From a virus: 58,714 nt of DNA. This document shows, piece by piece, positions 14,913 to 23,846 of this stretch; the first letter of the stretch is position 1; each line of letters opens with the position of its first letter. The notes beneath the pieces were generated by a model. It searched no databases, had not been told where the DNA came from, and was given only the letters and a program-made list of their open reading frames with translations. The stretch lies in IMG/VR virus record IMGVR_UViG_3300045391_004028; one strand, written 5' to 3'. A program made the position numbers and the translations under genes.

Positions 14913-15836
14913 ATGGCTGTCATCCGGGGATCGATCCCTGCCGATTCGTTCACGATCATCGCCAATGCCTGGCTGCGTGACCCCCGCCTCTCGCTGAAGG
15001 CCAAGGGTCTCGCCGCGTACATCGCCAGCCACGCCGCCGGGCACACCCTCACCGTGGAGCAGATCCTCGCCGAGAGCACCGACGGCAAGGACGCCATCCG
15101 CGCCGGGATGACCGAGCTGGAGGCCGCCGGATACCTCGAACGGCAGCAGGTACGCGCCGAGGGAGGGCGGATTTCCCGCACCGATTACGTGCTCACGAGC
15201 CCTGCCGATGGCGGATTTGCCAGCGCCGGGAAACCCGCCCCTGGAGCTGACCAGGCAGAACAGCCTGTTTCCGCAGGTCGCAGCCAGGGCGGATTTTCCG
15301 GCGCCGGAGAACCCGCCGGTAAGAAGACCAGCTCTCAGAAGACCAAGAAGACCACCTCTGCTCCGCAGAGGGGCACAAGGCTCACGGAGGACTGGATGCC
15401 ATCGGAGAGCACCAAGGCGTGGTGCGCCGAGAAGCTGCCGCCGCAGGTGTACAGCAGGGCCGGTCTGGAGCTGGCGAAGTTCAGGAACTACTGGACGTCG
15501 AAGACCGGCGCCGGGGCGACGAAACTCAACTGGGACAAGACGTTCCAGAACTGGATGCTCAACGCGGCCGACCGCTACGGCAACGCCCCGACCTCCGGCG
15601 CCCCCTCCGGTGCGCAGTTCAAGTCGAGCCAGGTGCAGAACGAGGAGCTGGCCGACCGCAAGAAGCGGCGCGCCAAGATCACCCAGATGTACATCGAGCA
15701 GGGCATGGACCCGAGGAGCGCCTTCGAGCGGGCTGGCCAGGACATGGCACAGGAACAGGTGGCGACATGTACGGCCATGCCGTACATTGAGGGTGTGATC
15801 ATCGACGGAGGTCAGCAGGAGGTGACGTCCAAATGA
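14913..15836 (+). CDS. Replication initiator/replisome-organizer-like DNA-binding protein
   Basis: N-terminal winged-helix-like LSLKAKGLAAYIASHA...TVEQILAES...GMTELEAAGYLER. C-terminal WMPSE...AKFRNYWTSK...NWDKTFQNWM resembles the DnaD/phage-O-like C-terminus. GTG at 14910 is an alternative start. Confidence 0.55.
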   Translation: MAVIRGSIPADSFTIIANAWLRDPRLSLKAKGLAAYIASHAAGHTLTVEQILAESTDGKDAIRAGMTELEAAGYLERQQVRAEGGRISRTDYVLTSPADGGFASAGKPAPGADQAEQPVSAGRSQGGFSGAGEPAGKKTSSQKTKKTTSAPQRGTRLTEDWMPSESTKAWCAEKLPPQVYSRAGLELAKFRNYWTSKTGAGATKLNWDKTFQNWMLNAADRYGNAPTSGAPSGAQFKSSQVQNEELADRKKRRAKITQMYIEQGMDPRSAFERAGQDMAQEQVATCTAMPYIEGVIIDGGQQEVTSK

Positions 15837-16222
15837 GGTTTGACCTGGTTCAGGATCTGCTGACCACGATCAGCGAGATCGACCGCATGCCGTTCCCCGA
15901 GGGCGCGGCGCTGTCCTGGATGCCCCTGCTCGACGGCATCGACTTCGCCGACGCGCGCCAGGCCGTTCTGGAGCACTACGCTTCGGCGTCCAGCCGGGAC
16001 GGCTCCGGCAACATCCGGCGCATCCTGCCCGCCGACATCCGCACCGGCGCCCGGCGCATCGCCGAGCACCGGGCCCGCGAGGCGCGCCGCGCCCTGCCGG
16101 AGGGCCCCCGGGCGCGGGTCGGCTCCACGGGCCGCCCGGCCGCCGTGCTCGCCGAGCTGGCCGCCGCCCGGCAGCGGGCCGAGGCCGCCGTGCGCAAGCA
16201 CCGCGCCGAGGTGATGGCGTGA
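15833..16222 (+). CDS. Hypothetical protein (129 aa)
   Basis: ORF-track. ATGA overlap with the upstream gene. Confidence 0.65.
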   Translation: MRFDLVQDLLTTISEIDRMPFPEGAALSWMPLLDGIDFADARQAVLEHYASASSRDGSGNIRRILPADIRTGARRIAEHRAREARRALPEGPRARVGSTGRPAAVLAELAAARQRAEAAVRKHRAEVMA

Positions 16223-16722
16223 AGCACGTGCTCGATGCCCTGGAGTCGAAGCTCAAGGGCATCGAGCCCATAACGCTCCCGTTCCGCTGGACCGTGACCG
16301 GGAGCCGTGACGCGCCGGAGGAGCTGTGGCGGCCGGTCGTGTTCGAGATGGTGCGCCTGGTTCGCGAATACCTAGACCCGTGCCAGGCCAGGCCGCTGAG
16401 CCGCTGCACGCACGTCCGGCTGGCGCACGGCTGCGCCCGGGGCGTGGACGGCTGGTTCGACCAGGCCTGCAAGTCGGTCGGCTGGCAGCCGCGCCGGTAC
16501 CCGGTGCGCCGGGAGGACTGGATGCGGTTCGGCGGGTACGCCGGGCAGCGGCGTAACGGCTTCATGCTGCGCGCCGAGCTGCCACACCTGTGCACAGCGC
16601 TTGTGCATAACTCCTCTCGGGGTGCGACCGGCTGCGCGAACGAGGCGCTGGCGATGGGCATCCCGGTTCTGCGGGTGACCGAGGAAGACCTCCTTCTGCC
16701 TCCACGGTGTGTTACACTGTAG
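16219..16722 (+). CDS. DUF2493/SLOG-like protein
   Basis: HGCARGVDGW...GYAGQRRNGFM...SRGATGCANEALAMGIPV pattern recalled from DUF2493 (YspA/SLOG) proteins. Confidence 0.55.
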   Translation: MKHVLDALESKLKGIEPITLPFRWTVTGSRDAPEELWRPVVFEMVRLVREYLDPCQARPLSRCTHVRLAHGCARGVDGWFDQACKSVGWQPRRYPVRREDWMRFGGYAGQRRNGFMLRAELPHLCTALVHNSSRGATGCANEALAMGIPVLRVTEEDLLLPPRCVTL

Positions 16723-16737
16723 GCCGTAGCCATACAG
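16717..16737 (+). promoter_or_regulatory. Copy of the CTGTATG-N7-CATACAG dyad upstream of the ERF gene
   Basis: CTGTAGGccgtagcCATACAG followed by AGGAGAGAAGG and the ATG at 16762. Confidence 0.35.
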
Positions 16738-16761
16738 CACTCAGGAGAGAAGGCTTACGGC

Positions 16762-18243
16762 ATGGCAGTACCAGACTTCGTGAAGCACCCGAACGCCGAC
16801 AAGATCGACGAGGCGTTCCCGCTCGCCGCCGAGCTGCCGGACGACATGCCCGGTGACGAGGAGCCCGTCCACGAGAACGACGTCAGCCCGAACACCATCC
16901 ACGTGGACCCGTTCGGCCTGCCCGACATCAGCGTCCCGCGCGGCGGCATCGGCTTCCCGCTCGGCCTGCACGCCGTGGCGTCGGCGCCGCAGATCTACGG
17001 CCTGCTCTCGCACGTCATGGCCGAGGTCAAGGCGGTCGGCAAGACCGGCTTCAACGAGCAACAGCGCTACAACTTCCGGGGCATCGACGCCGTCGTCAAC
17101 GCCCTGGGCCCGGCGATGCGCAAGCACGGCATCGTACCGGTGCCGAAGGTCAAGAAGGTCGACTACCGAGAGACGATGACCACCGGCAACAAGCCGACCC
17201 GCGAGGTCACGGTGCAGGTGCGCTACCGCTTCTACGCGCCGGACGGCTCGTACGTGGACGCCCACGTGATCGGCGAGAGCCTGGACCAGAGCGACAAGGG
17301 CTCGGCGAAGGCGATGAGCGTCGCGTACCGGATCGCGCTGCTCCAGGTGTTCGCGCTCCCGACCGACGAGCCGGACCCCGACGCGTCGTACCACACCCGG
17401 GATGGCGTCGGCTCCATGGCGGCGACCGTGGCGACCCTGCTCAACCGCTCCGTACCGGAGGCCACCGCCCCCGAGCTGGCCCAGTACTGGCCCATCGTCA
17501 TCGAGCACGCCGCCGCCGAGCGAGCGTCGTCCGGCGCGGAAGACGCCCCCACCTGGGAGCAGTACTTCGCGGACCGCTTTGCCGAGCTGATCGAGCAGAT
17601 CGAGCGCTGGCAGGACGGCAGGGCCGTCATGGAGGCGCTGGAGGCCACGAACCTGGGCCTGGCCCTGTCGGGCACCGGCGAGGACCGCGCGGCGCTCAAG
17701 GTCCGACTGAAGGCGCGGGCGGACTACCTGAAGGAGCGCAACACCCAGACGTACAACCACGTCATGGAGGAGATCCAGAAGGCCGAGCATCAGGGCCAGA
17801 TCGAGACCGCGATCGGGTGCGCCGAGGCCGCCCAGGAGGCCGACGTCCTCAGCGCTGGCCAGGTGCAGGAGCTGATCGGCGTGGCGCGCGAGCGTGGCGC
17901 CAAGCTGCCCCCGGCGCCCGACCCGGAGACCGTCCGGCAGGCCGAGGAGCTGGATGCGATGAACAAGGTGTTCCGCCTCCAGCTCAAGGAGGCCGCCGAC
18001 GCTGCGCAGACGGCGGACGACGTGATCGACCTGCTGACGAACGGCCGCGAGCGGCGGTTCTTCGTCTCCTCCGAGGTCGAGGACTTCGACATCGTGATCG
18101 AGGCCGCGAAGCGCGTCAAGCTCTCCGACGTGGAGCGATACGCGGTGGAGAAGACCATCCGCGAGCACGCCGAGATGAGCAACATCGAGCTACCCGGCGG
18201 AACGCTGCTGACCTACGAGACCGAGCCGGGCCAGCCGTCATGA
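16762..18243 (+). CDS. ERF-family single-strand annealing protein (recombinase)
   Basis: QRYNFRGIDAVVNALGPAMRKHGIV and DKGSAKAMSVAYRIALLQVFALPT are ERF hallmark segments. 493 aa with a long C-terminal extension. Confidence 0.75.
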   Translation: MAVPDFVKHPNADKIDEAFPLAAELPDDMPGDEEPVHENDVSPNTIHVDPFGLPDISVPRGGIGFPLGLHAVASAPQIYGLLSHVMAEVKAVGKTGFNEQQRYNFRGIDAVVNALGPAMRKHGIVPVPKVKKVDYRETMTTGNKPTREVTVQVRYRFYAPDGSYVDAHVIGESLDQSDKGSAKAMSVAYRIALLQVFALPTDEPDPDASYHTRDGVGSMAATVATLLNRSVPEATAPELAQYWPIVIEHAAAERASSGAEDAPTWEQYFADRFAELIEQIERWQDGRAVMEALEATNLGLALSGTGEDRAALKVRLKARADYLKERNTQTYNHVMEEIQKAEHQGQIETAIGCAEAAQEADVLSAGQVQELIGVARERGAKLPPAPDPETVRQAEELDAMNKVFRLQLKEAADAAQTADDVIDLLTNGRERRFFVSSEVEDFDIVIEAAKRVKLSDVERYAVEKTIREHAEMSNIELPGGTLLTYETEPGQPS

Positions 18244-18539
18244 CGAACGAGCAGGGGGCCGCTCCGGCGGTCCCCGCCTACCCCGAGCACAACAAGCTGA
18301 CCGTGCGCCGCGCCGACCGGGACGCGATCGCCGACTTCCTCGACTGGACGGACAGCCAGAGCCGGTACGTGGTCGGCCAGTGGGTCGGCGCGGCCGGGCA
18401 CGAGGAATTCATGCCCCTCGGCGACAACGAGCGCGCCGTGATGATCGGCAAGTACCTGGGCATCGACCGCGACGCGCTCATGGCCGAGAAGGACGCCATG
18501 CTGGAGGACATCCGGGAGGCGAACCGCCGTGCGTCGTAA
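18240..18539 (+). CDS. Hypothetical protein (99 aa)
   Basis: ATGA overlap with the ERF stop. In frame with ORF-track 17817..18539. Confidence 0.65.
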   Translation: MTNEQGAAPAVPAYPEHNKLTVRRADRDAIADFLDWTDSQSRYVVGQWVGAAGHEEFMPLGDNERAVMIGKYLGIDRDALMAEKDAMLEDIREANRRAS

Positions 18540-18777
18540 CGATGAGCTGGCCCTGGCCCTGATCGCCTCCCTGCGGGCCACGCGCAAGGCGAAGGGCATC
18601 CGCCAGGAGGACGTGGCCGCGCACCTCGGCGTTAGCCGCTCGGCGATCAACATGTACGAGAGCGGCCAGCGCCCGCCGACCCTTGCCCTGGCCATGGAGT
18701 GGGCGAGCTTTCTCGGGCGCAGGCTCGGGCTGATCACGCTGTTCCCGGTGGACGAGGAGGCGAAGTCCCGTGCGTAG
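18529..18777 (+). CDS. XRE-family helix-turn-helix protein (82 aa)
   Basis: IRQEDVAAHLGVSRSAINMYESGQRPP. Confidence 0.75.
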   Translation: MRRNDELALALIASLRATRKAKGIRQEDVAAHLGVSRSAINMYESGQRPPTLALAMEWASFLGRRLGLITLFPVDEEAKSRA

Positions 18778-19279
18778 CAAGGACGAGCTGATGCGGCTGC
18801 TGCTGGCGCACGACGCCGCCGCCGCCGCCCTGAGGGCCGAGCTGAAGGGACGCCAGGCGCTGGCGTTCGCGAGGGACGGCAGCGCTGACACGTCACGGCT
18901 GGCGTACGGCACGGTGACCGCGAACATCAACCACGACCGCGCCGAGGTCGTGGACGAGCAGGCGTTCTACGCCTGGCTGAAGGGCAAGACGCCGACTGAG
19001 GTCGAGCAGGTCACCAGCTACGTGGTGCGCAACCCGAAGTGGCTGGGTGAGGTCTTCCTGCCCACCCTGGCGCCGTTGGACCCCCAGGACATAGACCCTG
19101 GTCAGGCCACGCAGGTGATGTACGAGGACGGCGAGCTGGTGCCTGGAGTGGTGTGGCGCCGGGGCGGTGACCTGCATTCGGTCTCGATCAGGACCGATCG
19201 GGATGCCGTGAAGCGCCTGGCCGCCGCCGCAACGCTGTACGCGGCGGGAGAGGCCGGGCCGCCCGAGCTGACCTCCTGA
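18770..19279 (+). CDS. Hypothetical protein (169 aa)
   Basis: ORF-track with protein-like composition. Confidence 0.7.
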   Translation: MRSKDELMRLLLAHDAAAAALRAELKGRQALAFARDGSADTSRLAYGTVTANINHDRAEVVDEQAFYAWLKGKTPTEVEQVTSYVVRNPKWLGEVFLPTLAPLDPQDIDPGQATQVMYEDGELVPGVVWRRGGDLHSVSIRTDRDAVKRLAAAATLYAAGEAGPPELTS

Positions 19280-19291
19280 CGCTCGCCGACT

Positions 19292-19324
19292 GAGCCCCGA
19301 CCTGTCGTAACCGGGCCGGGGCTC
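19292..19324 (+). terminator. Terminator-like hairpin after the replication operon
   Basis: gagccccg ... cggggctc 8-bp stem 13 nt after the stop codon. Confidence 0.55.
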
Positions 19325-19338
19325 AGTCGTACCTGGAG

Positions 19339-19379
19339 TTGACAAGGACGTCAAGGCGCTGTATGGTAGTGGCATACAG
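19339..19379 (+). promoter_or_regulatory. Strong sigma70-type promoter P1 (TTGACA-17-TATGGT) embedded in two dyads
   Basis: TTGACaaggacGTCAA over -35 and CTGTATGgtagtggCATACAG over -10 and the start region. About 20 nt upstream of the RBS of 19401. Confidence 0.7.
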
Positions 19380-19400
19380 ATCGAGCGAAGGAGAGCGGAC

Positions 19401-19586
19401 ATGGCGAAGACGGAGAAGTGGCAGATGGAGGCCTACGCCGAGGTGGCTGAGAAGTTCGGCCTGCGCGCCAAGCAGCGCGACCGCCTCGACGTCAGCCCCG
19501 GATACGGCCCGATCCTGGAGGCCGCCCGCGATGGCAAGTGGCGCGACGTCGCCGACATGCTCATCGCCTTCGGCATCACCCGCTGA
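19401..19586 (+). CDS. Hypothetical protein (61 aa)
   Basis: ORF-track. RBS GAAGGAGAG. Confidence 0.7.
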   Translation: MAKTEKWQMEAYAEVAEKFGLRAKQRDRLDVSPGYGPILEAARDGKWRDVADMLIAFGITR

Positions 19587-19610
19587 ACCAACGACCTCAG
19601 GAGAGAGATC

Positions 19611-19937
19611 ATGGCCGACGCCTTCACCCTCGTCACGAAGACCCAGGCAATCCAGCGCTACGTCGAACGGCGCGGCCTCAAGTCCAAGACCGCGATCACC
19701 ACGCGGCTCGCCGAAGTCGAGCGCTACGTCCGGCTCGGCCTGCCGCTGAGCGAGATCCGGGCCCTGATCATCGACATGCGCGCCTGGTGCTGGGAAGGCC
19801 CGGCGCCGGAGGCCCGCTGGTTCGACGACCGCCTCGACGAGCTGGCCGACTACCTGGCCAGCCCGGAGGAGCGGCTGGAGCTGCGCGAGCTGGCCGCGCG
19901 CCTCGAAGAGTCCATCCTCGCCAGCCACGGACGATAA
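19611..19937 (+). CDS. Hypothetical protein (108 aa)
   Basis: ORF-track. RBS CAGGAGAGAGATC. Confidence 0.7.
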   Translation: MADAFTLVTKTQAIQRYVERRGLKSKTAITTRLAEVERYVRLGLPLSEIRALIIDMRAWCWEGPAPEARWFDDRLDELADYLASPEERLELRELAARLEESILASHGR

Positions 19938-19949
19938 GGAGAGCTGATC

Positions 19950-20327
19950 GTGAGCAAGGACGAGATCGCGGGCGACGCCTGGAAGGTCGGCTTCACCCGC
20001 GCGCTGATCGACGCCATCGTGCGCGAGGGCATGCCGGTCAAGGACGACAAGGCCGCCTACAGCTCCATGTCCTGGGAGGACTGGGAGAACGCAACCGACA
20101 TCCGCCGCGAGGTGCAGCGGGTCGGCGTCGACTACACCAAGACCACGTGGACCGAGTCGTCGTGGGACGAATTCATGGGCACCTTCTATCAGGGCGACAC
20201 CCGCTGCCACGGCGTCGACGCCCAGGTGTTCCTGAAGTCCTCGCGCAAGGGCGGCCGGTCCTACACCTTCCGCTGGAAGGGCACCACGTCGGATCTGATC
20301 CTCGCCGTCGTCCGTGACCCGTCGTGA
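19950..20327 (+). CDS. Hypothetical protein (125 aa)
   Basis: ORF-track. RBS AAGGAGAG. Confidence 0.7.
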   Translation: MSKDEIAGDAWKVGFTRALIDAIVREGMPVKDDKAAYSSMSWEDWENATDIRREVQRVGVDYTKTTWTESSWDEFMGTFYQGDTRCHGVDAQVFLKSSRKGGRSYTFRWKGTTSDLILAVVRDPS

Positions 20328-20356
20328 ACAACCGGTTCGAGACACAGGAGACCGCC

Positions 20357-20644
20357 ATGCAGAGTATCGACACGCCCCGGGATCTGGCCGCGTTCGCACG
20401 GGAGTACGGCTTGCGACCCGACTGGCACGAGCCGGATGAGCAGGGCATCACGGCCCGGGTGGTCGGCACGCCGTTCGACTTCGACAACGCCATCGGGACC
20501 AGGCAGTACGGTCAGCGGTTCGGCGAAAACCACCAGGAGTTGTGCGTCATCTTCACCCAGGAAAACCGGGGCGACGTCGCCATCGTCAACCTGGCCAACC
20601 TGTGCGCCTGGGCCGCTGAGTACGGCCGGACGGTGACGGAATGA
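20357..20644 (+). CDS. Hypothetical protein (95 aa)
   Basis: ATG at 20357 follows ACACAGGAGACCGCC. The GTG at 20324 in the ORF track is an alternative start. Confidence 0.6.
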   Translation: MQSIDTPRDLAAFAREYGLRPDWHEPDEQGITARVVGTPFDFDNAIGTRQYGQRFGENHQELCVIFTQENRGDVAIVNLANLCAWAAEYGRTVTE

Positions 20645-20973
20645 GCCAGTACGTCACCCTCCAGCCCTCGGCACGTGTGGACCACATCACCGAGGACGGC
20701 ACGGAGCTGACCCAGCTTCCCTACCCCTTCCACGTCGCCGAGGACGGCTACGTCTGGCGGCAGGACTTCTGGCAGGGCCGGGTCCTGCGCGTCATCGGCT
20801 TCCAGACCACGCTGCACGAGCACCGCATCACGGTGCCGTGGGCAGACGCCTGGAAGGACCCGGAGGACGCCGTAGGCCGGTACCTGGTCACCGAGGACCG
20901 CAACGGCACCTGGAGCACGCACGTCATGGCCATCCAGTCGGCCACGAAACACGAAGGGAACCTCGGATCATGA
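20641..20973 (+). CDS. Hypothetical protein (110 aa)
   Basis: ORF-track. ATGA overlap. Confidence 0.7.
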   Translation: MSQYVTLQPSARVDHITEDGTELTQLPYPFHVAEDGYVWRQDFWQGRVLRVIGFQTTLHEHRITVPWADAWKDPEDAVGRYLVTEDRNGTWSTHVMAIQSATKHEGNLGS

Positions 20974-21155
20974 TGAAGCGAAGCGAGATCGAGGGTTTCG
21001 TCCGGCGCACCATGCGGGACGTCGGCGCGGTCTACTCGGAGGCAGAGGACAACGTCGTCGACCAGATCGCCGACCGCTGGGAAGAGGACCGGCAGGACGC
21101 CCGCGACGAGAAGGAGGACCCGTGCATGGGCCCGTGCTGTGGAGGTGACATGTGA
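20970..21155 (+). CDS. Small acidic protein with C-terminal Cys cluster (61 aa)
   Basis: ATGA overlap. MMKRSEIEGF...DPCMGPCCGGDM. Confidence 0.6.
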   Translation: MMKRSEIEGFVRRTMRDVGAVYSEAEDNVVDQIADRWEEDRQDARDEKEDPCMGPCCGGDM

Positions 21156-21364
21156 TCCGCCTGGCCGACTTCGCGGGCAACGAGCACTTCGTCAACACCA
21201 CGCTCGTGGAATCCGTCAAGATCCATAGCATGCAGTCGACCGGGAACACGGCGTACTGGGAGGTCACCATCCGGTTCACCCGCAGGGCTGACCCGCTGGT
21301 CGTCAAGCTGGAGGCCACGGACGAGAACTACGAACGCCTGTGCAACGACCTGTTCGAGAGCTAG
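21152..21364 (+). CDS. Hypothetical protein (70 aa)
   Basis: ORF-track. GTGA overlap. Confidence 0.65.
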   Translation: MIRLADFAGNEHFVNTTLVESVKIHSMQSTGNTAYWEVTIRFTRRADPLVVKLEATDENYERLCNDLFES

Positions 21365-21378
21365 ACCTGCACACGAAG

Positions 21379-21411
21379 AGGCCCGCCCCCGCTTCAGCCG
21401 GGGGCGGGCCT
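21379..21411. terminator. Bidirectional intrinsic terminator between the early operon and the lysis genes
   Basis: Perfect 12-bp stem aggcccgccccc/gggggcgggcct with a 9-nt loop, followed by ttt. Confidence 0.8.
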
Positions 21412-21440
21412 TTCGCGGTACAACCCGTGTCCAGGCCAGC

Positions 21441-21755
21441 CTACCCGGTGGCGACCTCAACCGCCGGTGCCACCCCGGACGGCTTCCACGCCCAGTGGTA
21501 GCTGGCGTAGGCGAACGTCCCGACGAGGATCAGCGAGCCGATCACGTCATGGCCATTCCACTGGCCCTCCAGGTACACCGTGACGAACGAGGCGAAGACG
21601 CACAGCAGCGCCGACACGACCAGCTTCAGCCAGCCCGGCCACAGGTGCCGGTTGACGGCCGCGATGATCAGCGGCAGGAAGATGCCGACGAGCATCGACC
21701 AGCGGTCCAGCGTGGTGAGCAGGTCGGTCACCGAGTCGGCGCCGGGCGGCATCAC
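21441..21755 (-). CDS. Holin-like membrane protein (3 TM)
   Basis: 104 aa immediately downstream of and overlapping the endolysin. Helices MLVGIFLPLIIAAV, LKLVVSALLCVFASFVTVY and IGSLILVGTFAYA. Confidence 0.6.
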   Translation of the reverse strand: MMPPGADSVTDLLTTLDRWSMLVGIFLPLIIAAVNRHLWPGWLKLVVSALLCVFASFVTVYLEGQWNGHDVIGSLILVGTFAYASYHWAWKPSGVAPAVEVATG

Positions 21756-22801
21756 GAGCCGCCCTTCAGGGTCGTGCCCAGCAGGTCGCGGACGGCCTCG
21801 GCGATCGCCGGGATGTCCGCCTTCGTGACCGCCGTGACAGGGCTGCTGGCCAGGCCGGACGCGATTTTCTGCGCCAACCTGTCCAGGTCGATGTCCGCCC
21901 CACTGTCCTTCGCGAACGTCGCCAGCAGCAGCATGTCGGCCTCAGTGGCGACGCCGACGAGCGGGACGCCCGCCTTGTCCAGCGCGTCGTTGAGCGCGGG
22001 CCCGATGTGGTTGGCCTCGCTGAGGCCGGTGGTCCCGTCGGTCAGGTAGACGCCGCCGTTGCCGAACGTCTTGCTGGCCTTGGGGTCGTTGAGGATCAGT
22101 CGGATCATGCTGCCTTCCTTCCGCACCGGCGCCGCCGCCGGTGTGCTCGCTCCGATGAGCCTGGCGAAGTCCGCCGTGCTGCCACGGAACAGGTTGGCAT
22201 CACAGGTCGGCTGCCGCCCGATGGTGGCGCTGCTGGAGTACTGGAGGATCGCCGGGGTGCGGCCCGAGTAGGCCGCCCACTTGCCGCTGGTGATCTTCGC
22301 GGCCAGGGTCTTGAAGTCGCCGCTGCCGCTCACGTACGAGCTGGCCCACAGCGGGTCAGGGCCGGGCACCGTGTTCCCGTACGCCCATTGCGGTGCGTAG
22401 TGGATGGTCTGCTTGCCGGTCCGCTTGCGCAGCTCGGCGCACATCGCCGCGCCGGTGGCCGCCGACACCTTGTCGTACGACCAGTGCTCGGTGTCCACCT
22501 GCCAGAACCAGCCGGGGAACGTCCGCCACCACGGCGTCACCTGGTCGGCGTACGCGATCAGGTAGGCCGCCTGCGAGGCGATCGACGGGCCGGGCGTGCG
22601 CGGCACGGCGTAGGCGCCAAGGAACGGGATCCCGGCCGCCCGCGCGCCGTTCATGGCTGCCTGGGGGTGATGTTTGGTGCTCGTGCTCTCGGTGTACTTG
22701 TGCGTGAAGAACGCGATGCCAGCCTTGGCCGCCGCAGCCATGTCCATTGGGCCGCGATCGTGGTCGAAGTCGCTGGCATCCCAGCCGTACAGCGTCGTCA
22801 T
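21752..22801 (-). CDS. Endolysin, GH25-type muramidase domain plus C-terminal domain
   Basis: LYGWDASDFD...FFTHKYTES...FLGAYAV layout as in GH25 lysozymes. ATG at 22801 after AGGAGGAGGGAGG. Confidence 0.65.
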   Translation of the reverse strand: MTTLYGWDASDFDHDRGPMDMAAAAKAGIAFFTHKYTESTSTKHHPQAAMNGARAAGIPFLGAYAVPRTPGPSIASQAAYLIAYADQVTPWWRTFPGWFWQVDTEHWSYDKVSAATGAAMCAELRKRTGKQTIHYAPQWAYGNTVPGPDPLWASSYVSGSGDFKTLAAKITSGKWAAYSGRTPAILQYSSSATIGRQPTCDANLFRGSTADFARLIGASTPAAAPVRKEGSMIRLILNDPKASKTFGNGGVYLTDGTTGLSEANHIGPALNDALDKAGVPLVGVATEADMLLLATFAKDSGADIDLDRLAQKIASGLASSPVTAVTKADIPAIAEAVRDLLGTTLKGGS

Positions 22802-22903
22802 GCAGTACCTCCCTCCTCCTGATCCGACGATACGCGGTATGTCAGACACAAGGCGTATTCTGACGCTCAGTGACCACCGCCTCTTGGAGGCTCGACCGGA
22901 GGA

Positions 22904-23239
22904 GTGGCCGTGGACCTCCAGCCCTGGATGGCGCAGCTCGGCTTAGGCGCCGCCTCGGTGATCTTGTTCTTGACGGTGGGCAAGAGCTACGTCAACTACA
23001 TCGGACGCCAGCTCCAGGACCAGAAGACCTCACACCGAGAGGAGTTGGACCGGCTCACGAAGAGCTGGGAGGCCCGCCTCGCCGACGCGACAAACGCAGC
23101 GTCGAAGTGGGAGACTGCGGCTAACAGGCACCTCGAAGCGGGTATCGAAGACCGGCGCCAGGTGGAGAAGCTGATGAGCGCGACGGAGCTGATCGTTTCC
23201 CTGCTGAACGCGATCCGGGAGGAGCAGAATCGCCGATGA
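22904..23239 (+). CDS. Membrane-anchored coiled-coil protein (111 aa)
   Basis: GTG start. TM LGLGAASVILFLTVG followed by heptad-like charged sequence. Confidence 0.6.
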   Translation: MAVDLQPWMAQLGLGAASVILFLTVGKSYVNYIGRQLQDQKTSHREELDRLTKSWEARLADATNAASKWETAANRHLEAGIEDRRQVEKLMSATELIVSLLNAIREEQNRR

Positions 23240-23514
23240 AGTGGCCGAGCTGGCTTCCCTGGGCACGGACCGTAGACACTGGTCGCACCGAGCCCGAGGA
23301 GCGGGCCACCCCGAGGCAGCCTGAGGAACCCGACATGACGCCGAGTGACGCCACCGTCCGCGCGACAGCCGCCGCGCGCGCCGCCGCCGTGCGCTTGCAG
23401 GAGTCCCGCGACCGCCGTGAGACAGTGGACCAGCAGGCGTCCACCGTCCGGCGCCTGGTCAGCGAGAACCACTTCGCCGACATGATCCGACAGGCCCTCG
23501 GGAGTGATTCGTGA
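23236..23514 (+). CDS. Hypothetical protein (92 aa)
   Basis: ORF-track. ATGA overlap. Confidence 0.55.
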   Translation: MKWPSWLPWARTVDTGRTEPEERATPRQPEEPDMTPSDATVRATAAARAAAVRLQESRDRRETVDQQASTVRRLVSENHFADMIRQALGSDS

Positions 23515-23846
23515 CCGCTCGCAGCATCACCTACCTGGTGGAGTTTTCGCTGCTGTTCCTGGTCTGGACCACCTTCACGGTGAGCTACCACTTCGTGAGC
23601 AAGGGTGCGTGGCGCAAGACCTCCGCCGGGCGGCATCTCATGTCGATGGGTGTCAGCCTGTCCGTGATCGGCGCGCAGATCATCCTCAACATCTTGTTCG
23701 GCAACTACCCGGGCAAGTTCGTCATCGGCGTCGTGCTGTACAGCACGATGGTCATCGTCGGCGTCCAGCGTCTGGTGCTGCTGCTGCGCGCCTACCGCGA
23801 GCGGCTCCAGCAGGAGCGGGCCGAGCGGTCCAGCGCTACGCGGTGA
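23511..23846 (+). CDS. Membrane protein (3 TM, 111 aa)
   Basis: ORF-track. GTGA overlap. Helices YLVEFSLLFLVWTTFTV, MSMGVSLSVIGAQIILNILF and FVIGVVLYSTMVIVGV. Confidence 0.65.
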   Translation: MTARSITYLVEFSLLFLVWTTFTVSYHFVSKGAWRKTSAGRHLMSMGVSLSVIGAQIILNILFGNYPGKFVIGVVLYSTMVIVGVQRLVLLLRAYRERLQQERAERSSATR

